This document shows, in pieces, positions 23,701 through 35,700 of a stretch of 64,000 bases of DNA. The stretch's first letter is position 1, and each line of letters starts with the position of its first letter. Below the pieces are notes generated by a model that was not told where the DNA came from, did not search any database, and was given only the letters and a program-made list of their open reading frames with translations. This stretch comes from Amoebophrya sp. A120 (lineage: Eukaryota > Protista > Dinoflagellata), in the NCBI GenBank assembly GCA_905178155.1, contig CAJINV010000027.1, positions 61,697 to 125,696 on the forward strand. The letters run 5' to 3'. Position numbers and translations under genes: made by a program.

Positions 23701-26700
23701 GAGGACCTGACAGAGGAAGATGCGCTCAGGTTGCGTTCAGGCGACGTGACGCAGCAGCAAACATTTCTGCGCACGGGGGGTCATGGAGGTGCCAATTCAT
23801 CCGATGATGTCATCTACGGGGGGTTTACCGCGAAGGAAGTCGCAACGGTTCTGGTGTACGATTTGGTGGAGCTTTATGGCCCTGTCAGGATTGAAATCGT
23901 CAAAGTTGAGATGATTTGTAATGCATAAAATGCAAGGCATGAAGTGCCTGTCTTGCCGGGATGGCAAGTGAGGGAGCGCCCCGAACCCGTTTTAGCGCAC
24001 ATTTATGATGGCCTTACTGTTTTTAAAAGGATTTAGATCAGTTCGTAGAACCCAATCTGTTCATGCTAGCAAAGGGCTAGCGCGCTGTGGACCCCCAGGA
24101 TCAGGCAGACGAGGTCCCAGACCGAAGTGGTAGGCGCTTAGGGTGAACTATGTGCGTAGCGCTTAGGGCCCTTCCGTGCGGCCATTTTGTATGTCCCGCA
24201 ACGGGGTTCGCCTAAGTCGGTCATTTGTATGCAAGGCGTTGGGTTACCCGGTCGGCAGAGCCGATCCACAACGAACGGGATGGCAAGTGAGGGAGATTGT
24301 GAGCCTATTTAGAGCTTGGGATAGAGCTGCTAAAGGAGCATGACAAAAGCAGTCTTCTGTGCCCAAACAGAATGACAAATTGGATTCCGGTGCTCCGAAA
24401 ATTTGTCATGCGCCGCTTGGAAATTGGTCTTCCAGCTGGTATCCATTTTTTTTATGCATGACAAATCATTTCAACTTTGTCGATTTCAAACCTGACGCTT
24501 GCATAAACTTTTTCTGCAACGCCCGTTTCAGGAATTCCAGGCCACGGTCGTGGCTGAGAACACCAGCCAGAAGTTATTCCGAGTAAAAACATCCCCACCC
24601 CAGGGTTGTCATGCAAATTTGCATGGCAAAAAAGTTTCTCATGCAAAGCCCCATGAGAAGCTTTTTCTTGTCGTGTTTTGAGATTTGTAATGCTAGAAAT
24701 AGCATGATATGCTAGATCTGTGATGCTTCTGAGCTAGCTACTCAGGATAACACTACGAAGACAAACTTGTCATGCGAAACAACCAAAGCTGGCCGATTTG
24801 TGTAAGCAGACTTTCCATCTTGACTCTGTTATGGGAACTTTTTTACTCAGGATAGAAGTATGATGTGATGATGAACTATCCCCTGCTGCACGACTGGGCG
24901 CACAAAATTTTTCAGAAAGCTGCGAAAGCGGAGAACTTCACCGAAAGCGAAAAGATGTTGCGCAAAGAATTGCGTCCCTATCCGGAAAATCCTGACGATA
25001 GACTCGCTTGCCGGGCTCTACAGGCCCACGACCCGACTGACGCCTTCGAGCCTATTATCGCGAGGAAAAATCCCCCCCTCCCCACATTGACAAGGTACGT
25101 TCTTTCCGAAATAAATTTGTGTTAGTGTTGCTGATTTGCGACCACAAATCATCGCGTCTGTCTTGCAAAAAGGCAACTCCACAAGCTCCACAGCGTTCTT
25201 TTTCAGGCGGTTTGTGAAGATGCTGTTGAGCCTACAGCACGGAGGTCTCTCATGCTAGACGCCTAGGCCAAAACCTCTCTACTTAGGCTTGCCTAGTATG
25301 GGCCTGCTTTTTCCTGTCCAGCAAGACAAATCTAATTTGTGTGCGGAAATCCTGCATCAGAAACTTCGTTTTGATATGCCGAGGGGGGATTTTTTCTTTC
25401 AATACCAATTAGATGGAACCCTGATCATGATCCGGTACCACAACTGCGCGGATACCACAGTGTACCTGTAACGACGGATGCGGCGACCGAACGTGCCGCG
25501 AAACGCGTATACCTGGAAGCCGTGGAGGGTACGTCTCAACTGCACCAGCTAACGACCTGGGAGGGCGCTTTCGGCGTTCTGAAGAAGCTCCATCGAATAT
25601 GAGAGTGCACAATTCCCCCTCCTCCTGATTTGTCATGCAGAATACGAAATCCAAGAGCCGCCTTGTGGTACAGTTTGCATGACAATCTTCGGAAGCCCAA
25701 ACTTTACTTGATTGCGCGTTTGAACTTGTCATGCACAGGCTCCACATGTCCGGCTGTTTGCATTGCTGTTCATGCAATAGTACTTACAAATGAAGGGGAG
25801 GGTGACGAGTTGTGCACTTTTATACCGAATGTCAAAGGAGGCGAACAGGAGTCTCGACGCGCATTCTACCGCGACCCTGACAAACTTCGTGCGGAACCGT
25901 TTGCTGGACAGCTTCCACAGCACGAAAAAATACTTTGCCGAAGCGCTGCTGTGCCGCTACTTCGACGTGCACAGTAAGATGGACCCGGCTTTGGTGCACG
26001 TGGAGGAGGGAAAGGTGGACTCTTTCTACTCATCGACCGAGTACAACAACAAGAACGCGACCAACCATCTCGAGGCGCAGCAATACTGCGCAAGCGGATC
26101 CGTGGAAGCCAAAGCGCTGGTGGAAAAGTTTCTCGCCGAGCAAAAGGGATTTATCGCAGAGAAACTAAACAGCGCTGTGGAGCTGTGGCTGCAGCATTTA
26201 GAGTCCGAGGGTATTATTGACGAGACGAAGGACTGGAATAGGGAGAAATGGCTCGCGCAGAACCCTATGCTTGTCAAGATGCAGCGGGGCAGAGACTCGA
26301 CAAAAAGCGCGCGGCAGAAAACGCTCTCGCAGCAGCGGGAGGACGCAGCACTTTCGACTCATCATGGAGCAGGTCAACTATGAGCTGCAAAAGCATCGCA
26401 CTACTAGCAGAAATCGCATCACAAACAATTTGGTCAGCATGACAAATGGAAGTTGTAATGCGGATTCGCATTTGCCTTAAGGGGGAGAGTTATACTTATG
26501 CATGGTCGCAATTACTATCTACGAGTACGATACTTTTGCAGTTCATATCCACATCCCTCCGAGGACAACTTTTCTTTCTTTACTTCTATCCATGCCCGGG
26601 AATGGCGTCAAAGATTCAAGGCCCTAAAGGAGGACAACTACAGACGCATGATCAACAGCGAGAAGAGACTCATTTCGGCCGGCGCCCCGCGGGGCCACGC

Positions 26701-29700
26701 CGAGATCATTTTGATCTACTTGCACGGCTTTGGTGAGGTGGTCACGCAGGACAGCTGTGACCAGGTGCTGGAGCGGCTGCTATACGAAAAGCAGCGCGCG
26801 GGGCTGCTTGCCAACCAGGCCACGCGAGTGGTCTGCCCGCAGGCAACGGGGAAGGGGTACTACGATGGAGTGCCCGCTTGGTACAATTCTATGGGCGGCG
26901 AGGACCTCGACAACTCAAGCGAAGCGATTCGTGAGCTGCTGCGCCTCGAAGTCCAGGGCGGATTCGACTTCCTGCAAAGTGTCTTCTTGGCCGGCGTAGG
27001 TGATGCCGGGGCGGTCGCCCTGCATACCATCTTGGCCGGCATTGCGAACGGCGCGTTTAAAAGCAACGAACTGCAAGAGAAATTCAAGCTCAAGGGGTTG
27101 ATTGTATACCATGGGACGATAGAGGACCAAAGAACCTGGCGGGACAGGGTGGAAGACCCACACAACATCAACCTTGTTCGGGACCAGCTCGGAAAAAAAC
27201 CGTTTCACCTCCACGTGTGGTCCAGTGCGCTTGAAGGAGACGAAGCTAGCAGTTTCTTCTCGGCTCGCCAGGTCCAGGAAGTTTGTGCCCGGCACTTTCT
27301 CGGCAAGTCTGGGCTCCGGTTACCGCACTACAAAGGGCTGCAGAACTATATGGATGTGTCAGGATTGAAATCGACAAAGTTGAAATAACTTGTAATGCAT
27401 AAAATGAATGAAAGTTGTAGTCCAGTTTCCAAGTGGCGCATGACAAATTTGGGTAGAGCCAAAATCCAGTTTGTCATGCTATTTGGGTAAGGAAGACGCC
27501 TTTTGTCATGCTACTTTAGCAGCTCAGTTTCTACCCCGAAACAGGCTTACAATCTGCCTCCCTTGCCTACTCTGCAAGACAGGCATTTTCTGCGTTGTAT
27601 TTTATGCATGACAAACTATTTCAACTTTGACGATTTCAAACCTGACGCTTCCATAAACTACGAGCAGCATACGGACAAGCGGGAGGAGTACATCGCGAAG
27701 TCCCTGGTCTTATGCCCTGCAAAAGTATCGCACCTACTCGTATATTCAATGCATTACAAATTTCCTCAGCATGAGAAATAAAATTTGTAATGCGGATTTT
27801 GCTTCAGAAAAAGATTTGTAATGCATTATTGCAATCACTACGAGTACGATGCTTTTGCATTGCATACGTCTACATCTTCGCCGCCGATGCGGAGCTAAAG
27901 CAAATCGACGTCTCTATCCTGAGTAAAAACGTCCCCACACCAGAGTTGTAATGCGGATTTGCAAAGACAGGAAGACTTGTAATGCGCATCCCCATGAGAG
28001 CCATTTCCAGTCGTGTTTTGGAATTTGTGATGCTGTGAACAGGATGAGCAGATGAATCTGTGATGCGGCTGCACTTGCTAACCTGCACTACACTGCAGAG
28101 TGCAACTTGTCATGCGTGACTCACAAAAGTCCTAGGTTTGTGTTGCAAAATCCCCATCCTGACTCTGGTGTGGGTACGTTTTTACTCAGGATAGTCTCTA
28201 CCCCCTTTCCGACCGTCAACGCCACAATTCCGACGCTGCTGCACCAGGATCTCGCGCGATCTTCCACGGTGGTCTTTAACAGAGCGTTTATTTTGCAAAA
28301 GTACCTCGTGTATCCTGTGCAAAAGTGTCGTCCTCGTATTGCAATCATGCACGACAAATCTTTTTTTTACGGTAAATCCGCATTACAAATTTCATTTCTC
28401 ATGCTGAGGAAATTTGTAATGCATTTATACGAGTGCGATACTTTTGCAGTTCATATCGTGCGGGTGGTGCATTCAGCATTCAGAGTTTTCAACCCCGCGA
28501 CAGAGGCCTCGGGAGCTCCTGCAGGGGGGGAGCAAGACAAGTACGCCGGCAGCGACTTCCTCATATCACACGAAAAAAGTGTTACAGTTACACATTCGTT
28601 GGAGTTTCTGCATCACAAATTTTCTCTGTGTGGCAGAGAAAACTTCTAATGCGAAGATCATAAGGGAAAACAGGAAGGAAACGAGGCTCCCAAGCATTTC
28701 CTGCATGAGAAAGGTTCTCTGTGTTGCCGGTCTTGCAACACAATGTGTAACTGTAACACTTTTTTCTTGCGATACCTCACCTACGGAAAAGACTACAGCT
28801 TGATCCGGGAGTATCCAAGAAAAAAACTGTGTTAGTGTAACTTTCTTTGGCTGACAGCATCACAGGTTTGCTCTACATGATAGAGAAAACCTGCCATGCG
28901 TGAGCTGTATCATCATCATCATTATCTATCCTGCACGGGGATGAAGGTGTAACTCTCTCTATTGCATGTTCTGCATTTTTACAGAGTTAGAGTTACACTT
29001 ACACAGTTTTTTTTTTTTCATAGAGGGGGCAGCAACCCCGCAAAGTGCAGGTTTTTCGACCACCGCGCGTCGCTTCTGCCTGCGCGCGACGAAAGCGGCT
29101 CCCGGTACAACTATTCCGGCTCTCTAAATTTGGATGAAGACGGGTTAATCCAATTTCTGCAAATTCGGCACGACTGCTACCTGACCCCGCCAGTGTTTGT
29201 CACGCGAAAGATGTCGAATGCGGAGTTTTTTTTACAGTACAGACGAATTTTCGCGGTGCAAATGACGAATTTTATTTTGCGCGACGAGCCTCCTTCGGAT
29301 CTTCGCAGTCAATCACAGATCCACCTGGGAGGTCATTCCTTTTCTTCCCGAGATCGGCAATTTATGTTGAAGCACTTCGGACTCAGAACGTTCACTCTGG
29401 GCGGAGGTCGTGGTAATATTACAGGCCATTTATACGACCCTGCAAGAACATGGCCTGCTGCTTCTACCGTGGCTGTGCCTGCTGTGCCTACCGCGACAAG
29501 ACTTCCGGAAGAAGTAGTCCAAAAGCGGAGAGATGCGGCCCTTGCGGAAGTCAAATTCAGGGGGCTGCTGCAGCAGAAGTTTTTTGCGAACCTAGATCGC
29601 TGGCTGAAGACAGTAACAGAAGGGGAACTTCTGAAGAACAAATTATCCCCCAGCCGTGACATTCTCGTCGGCGTCAGCGACTGCGCAGCGGAGGGCCATG

Positions 29701-32700
29701 GAGATGGTGCAGAAGAAGCGTTTCTGCTGAAGGTCGCCTTGCTAGAACGGTTTTTTCTTTCGCCCGATAAAGAACATTTTAACCACCCGTTGCATGACTG
29801 GCGGTCCGGAAACACTTGGAAAGAGTTATCCGAAAGCAAAGCGCACCGCTATGGAAAAATTTCGCGTGGTGAAGCGCTGAAAAAGCTTTGCGAAGGACCA
29901 CATCAGCAGCACTTCCATTTTATCAAATGCAAATATGTCGGGGTCTGGAAACTTGTGATGCGGTGTGGCGTATCATGAGGAGGCCACAACTGCTGGCTCA
30001 GCATGACAAGTTTCTGAGGTTCTAGGTGTTGCCTATTCTGCATGACAGACTGCGTCTCTGCATGACAGAAAAGTGGTGCTCTTGGGTAACGTGCATGACA
30101 GATTTGGGAGTCCTGCCAGACAAGCATGACAAACATGCATTCTTCCAGACCCAGACATATTTGCACTTAATACATTTCACCGAGATCGCGGACGACCACG
30201 CGGAAGTGCTATTAAAAGATAACTACACTGTTCACGAAAGGAGGATGATGATGAAGGCTTCTCCGCTGAAAAACAAAGCTCTAAACGAAGCTTTGGCTAC
30301 CGAGCTGGCGGCAAGTACAGGAGCGGAATGGTGGCGTCTGCCGCATGACACGGTGGATAAATTTCTGCCCACGCTTGTCGCGCACAACCCCTGGGCAGTA
30401 GCGCGGCGCGTCAGCAAGTGCCTGACGGCCATGGGCAGCACCCAAGACCACGGGAAATCCGACACTACGAAAATTTTAAACGAGAAAACCCGCAGTATCC
30501 TATTTAAAAACGTCCCCACCCCATAGTTGTAATGCAAATCTGCATGCTGAAAATGTTTCTCATGCGGAGCTCCATGAGAAGCATTTTCCAGCACTCGTGT
30601 TGTGCAATTTGTCATGCTCCAATCAGCATGGTATCCTAGATCTGTGATGCTGCTGAGCTAGCTCAAACAGCACTACACTACGAATCCAAATTTGTCATGC
30701 AAAACAGCCAAAACTTGTGGATTTGTCTAGCCGATTCCCCAACTTGACTATGGTGTGGGGACGTTTTTACTCAGGATACGCAGAAAGAAGCGCGTTGTCG
30801 AGCGTCTGATCGCGTTCGTGCGGGGCACGGCCGCGAGCACGATGTCGGTAAACGGGGGAATGTATGAAATGCAAAAATGTCTGGGTCCTCTGGAAACTTG
30901 TGATGCTAAAATGTGCATGATGAAAACACTTCCGAATGCAGTCCGGCATGACAACTTCCCAAAACGCTTTCTTGTAGGCAATCCGCATGAGAGACGGCGT
31001 TTTTGCATGACAAAGGAGGCTGCGACTTCTGTTGGTGATGCAATACAGATTTTCTAGGTATGGAAAGCTCGCATTACAAGTTCCAACCTTCCAGACCCAG
31101 ACATTTCTACAGTCCATAGAATGAAGAACTATGACAAAACCCACCTCCCGGCGAACGCGAGTCTAGTTGCGGAACTGAACAGCACGCTTTATCGTATTGA
31201 AAAACATCCCCGCCCCAGAGTCAAGATGGGGAGTTTGCAACACAAACCTAGAAGTTTTAGGACTCACGCATCACAAGTTTCTTGCAGTCCGTACCCGTAG
31301 TGTAGTGCAGGTTAGCAAGGACAAACGCATCACAAATCCATCTGCTTATCCTGGTTAGAGCATTAGAAATGCCAAAACACGACTAGAAACGCGTCTCATG
31401 GAGATGCGCATTACAAATGTTCTTGTCATTGCAAATCTGGATCACAACTCTGGGGCGGGGACGTTTTTACAAATGATACGCTCGGAAATTTATTCCTGTT
31501 CGACTCCAACGAGGACTCAGTCACAGCACCGGTGAGCGCCAGCCGCCGGGCCGCGGGCCAGTTGCATCACGCGCTCGCGAAGCGGTTGTTTTTTGAAAAG
31601 ATGATGAACACGAACTTTTCGCTCCATGCCATGAAATCCTTGGAGGACAAAGCGTTACACGTTCCCGTCACGACAATGCTAGAGCAAGAGGAATCCGAAT
31701 CGAAGCAGGTGTTGCGGGACCAATTTTCGCTGCAGCAACAACTGTTCTCCTCCGCAAGGTCTTTTGTCGAGATATGGCGTTCTCAAATGTTACATTCTCA
31801 ACTGTTACCTGAATTTGTAATGCAAGAACGGCGAAAGTGAAAGGGGGAAGATTGCGCCTTTTGCATTACAGACTTGGCACAGATTTAGATGCTGTTTAGC
31901 CCTTCGGATATTTGTGATGCGAAACAGCTTAATCACGACGATCTTAGTGGTAAAATTGCATGACAAATCATGTAACAGTTGAGAATGTAACAGTTGAGAA
32001 CGCCATACGAGAAGGTCGCGGGAGCGCCGGAGCAGGTGGTGATTAACAAGCGGCGCGTCCTACTGAAGGAATTGGAGACCACACGAGCGCAGATCGCAAA
32101 GGCAAAGAAGGACCTGCTGAGTCTATTCTCACTTCTGGACCAGGGACTGCAACTTGTTGAAGGTCGTGGTCGTCCCGTAAGAACCCCCTTCGTGCCAAAG
32201 GTAGTCGCGCAGGGGTACTTTTTGGCGACCAACAAAGAGTTCGGGAAATCGGATCTGCATCCGGACGTGCGGCTGTTTGTGAAGTTATACCAAGGCCTGC
32301 AGTGGCTGCTTCCGTTGGTTTCGGCTGACAAAGGTTCAGGTTCATCTGCTCGTAGAGAATTGACTAGATCTTTCACCGCGGAAGGGCCTGAGACGAGTGA
32401 CGGTGAGGAAAGTGAAAGTTTAACTGACGGTGAATCTTCATCATTATCAAAAGAGCTGCAATTATCCGACGCCGGCGCTGCAGCCGCGGCGGAGCTGCAG
32501 CTGCAGGAGTTTGCCCAAGACGTGAAGGACGAGTTCCTGCACCTCTACAGGGTGACAAGAAAATCTTCGAATCAAAAGCTGCGAACAAAGAAATCCAAAG
32601 CGAAGGGAACAAGTCGTAGGAAATCTTCGAACAAAAAGCTGCGATCATCAAAGAAATCCAAAGCGAAGGGAAGTACAAGTAGTAGAACCAAGTACAAGGA

Positions 32701-35700
32701 GTTCACGTTTGTTCCATCCATGGGGTGGCAACAGGATCTGCTGGATAACAATTTGATCTCGCCACAAAATCACGAGCAGATCATGTTGGCGGTATGGGAA
32801 GAGAAGCAAAAATCTGGGGAAGAAGAGAAGATGGAGAGAAGAAGTAGCGGTCGTGCAGCCGGAGCTGCAAGTCGTAGTCCGTCCTCGACGCGGGCATCTT
32901 CTGACACACCGTCCACCTCCGCGTCCTCCACCCCGAACAGTAGTACAACTGTGGAACAAAGAACCGAAATGATGAAAAACCTCACAGCAACAGCTGATAA
33001 TCGAGCAGCTTGGCTGGAGCAGAAGAAGCAGCGTTTCGCGCTGCACAGAAAGCTGCTTAGAAACGGTTTCTCCAAAATGGTATTCAGAGATTTCCTCGGC
33101 GGCATTCTTTCTCCGCGGGCGCAAGAAGAAGATCATGACGATGAACTACAAAATGCATACACAAAATTACGGGCTGACAAGAGAACATCAGAGCGAAAGA
33201 CAAAGGCAATTAGGGCCGCGGAAAAGATCTTCTCTGTTCTGAAAGTCATTCTGCCGAACTGGATCAAGACCGCTGACTTTGGAGATGAAACAGCGGCCAC
33301 GACCCTATGCCTTGCAAATACCGATCTGGGTCTTGAAGGTTGCTGCAACTTCGATCATGCTAAACCTGCATCTTCATGCAAAGATCTGTGATGCTGCATG
33401 GGTAGTACCAAAAGCTGTTTTCTTTTGACCAGGTTGAGGGGGACGAGTTTATTCTCATGCAGTATAGGCATGGTATTAAAGACTACTTCGAAGAATCTGT
33501 CATGCTGGGTGCCGCACTCCAGGGCTGCTCAAGGGTCAAGGTCATGGAAAATCTGCATGGAAAGCGTTGCAACCTTCCAGACCTACACATGATATTTGCG
33601 CTTGATACACGACCCTAAAAATTTTCAACGAACAAGAAGAGCAAGAATTTCGGGACGCGGTTCGGGCACACTACGAGCGCCGGCAAACGGAGGAAGAGCA
33701 GGGAATAACGAGGGAGATGAGACAGCGTGGAATTTTTAAAAAAGCTATGCACCCGCGGATCGTGACCCCGGAAGACCTATCCACTGCAGATAAAGTATCG
33801 TACTAGTATAAATCGCATGACAAATTGGAATTTCCTCGGCATGCGAAATGAAATTTGTAATGCAAATTTAACTTAGCAGAAAAACTTGTAATGCACAAAT
33901 GCGATTAGTACGAGTACCTTACTTTTGCAGTGCATAAGACCACATCGAGTCTTTACCGGTGGACGAATTGGTGGAGAAGATCATCCAGGAAGACCTTGTG
34001 CAGAACCTGCACCTATGAACTGCAAATATGTCTGGGTCTGGAAACTTGTGATGCTGAGTGGCGTATCAGGAGGAGGCCACAAGTTTTGGCTCAGCATGAC
34101 CACAAGTTTCTGACGAGCTTCTAGGTGTTGCCTATTCTGCGTGAGGACAAATTGCGTTTCTGCATGACAGAGCAATGGGGCTCTTGGTCTTGGATATAAG
34201 CGTGCATGACAGATTTCAGAGTCATCCCAGACTCAAGCATGACAAACTTGCATTCTTCCAGACGGAGACATTTTTGCAATCCATAGCACCTTTCGTTTGA
34301 CCATCTACGGGCACAAGAGGAAAGCTTGATGAAGAGCCTGGCCTTACTTACCTACAAAGACGAACTGGAGGGCATGTTGGCCTTCACCGTGGGGCACATG
34401 ATCGAAGTTCCGGAAAACTATTTGCGCAAGTACCGAGCCGAGCCAAAGGAGGAGGAGTTTTTTGTCGTGAGAATTCTCAAAACCATTGTCGAAGACGCGA
34501 AAAAGAACCACAAACTTTGTTCTTATCCTGTGCAAACGTATCTGATACTCGTATTGCAGTCATGCATAATACAAATCTTTTTTGTAAGGTAAATCCGCAT
34601 ATAAAAATTTCACCTCTGATGCTGAGGATATTTGGAAAATGCATTGATACGAGTACTACGATACTTTTGCAGTTCATAGTGCTGGTGACCATCAGCCGAT
34701 TGATGCGCAACAAGGAGTATCAAATGCAAAAATGTCTGGGTCTGGAAGAATGCGCGATTTGTCATGCAGCTTTTCCATGAGCCATGAGGTCTGGAATGCA
34801 GGACCTAGCATGACAGATTCTGCGCGATCTCTCTCATGCCTATCCTGCATGACAAACTCCCTCCTGACTTGTTCTAAACTGGACGACTTTTGGTAATCAT
34901 GCAACACAGATTTTTGCATGCTGGAGATTTAGCATGACAAGTTCCAACCTTCCAGACCCAGACATTTTTGCATTTGATAAGGAGCCGCCGTCAGTAGGCC
35001 CAGGCGTGGCGCCGATCATCTGGTGAAACTGACCGGAAACTGTGTGCCCAAGCGAAACGAACACCTGGAAATGTGCCACGGGGTCGTGCACTGTGCGAAC
35101 CACAAGCTCGTAATGGAGACCGAGGGCCGGCGCGCACACTGGTGGGGTTGGCAGAACTTGGACAATTGTGAGCGGGCACGAACCGATCTGCAACTGCAAT
35201 TTCTTGCGCCGCCAGACGAATCCGCGACGACGCAGCTCGGCCGGCAGCAAAAGTTTATCCGGGGCCAGAACACGGACTGCTTTGGACGGCAGACCTGCGA
35301 CGCGTGTCAGTACCGAAATATCGAGACGTTGCTGCAAAACGGCGACCAAGTGGACCCGCAGTACGCGCGGCTGAGTTTTCTGCAGGAAGAGATCTTTTAC
35401 CGCGAAAACTCCGGACTGGGTTGTGGCGCGTGCGCCGTGTCTCCGGTGAACGCCGTGAACAAAGCGATTTCAATGGCCTACTTCAGCTTTGCCGCGGTCT
35501 ATTGGCTTGCTGCGTTACCCATCGTTATCACAGCAGGAGTAGCTACCGGGGGCGGGGCTGCAGTCATGCTGCTTGCCCCCGGCCTCAGTCACGTATGGCA
35601 CGGGTACGAGGCTCGGTACAACCGTGAGTTAAATTGGCACCAGTTTGGCATGCGCCAGATCGCGCAACCCCTGCAATTTATCCGGCAAGTGGCGAGTCCC

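Noticed and set aside
24036-24063. U2 snRNA-like sequence (agatca...gtag...tctgttc)
   Set aside because: The GTAGTA branch-pairing motif is not intact and the spacing to a possible Sm site does not fit.
24138-24168. Telomeric TTAGGG repeats
   Set aside because: Only two isolated copies, not tandem.
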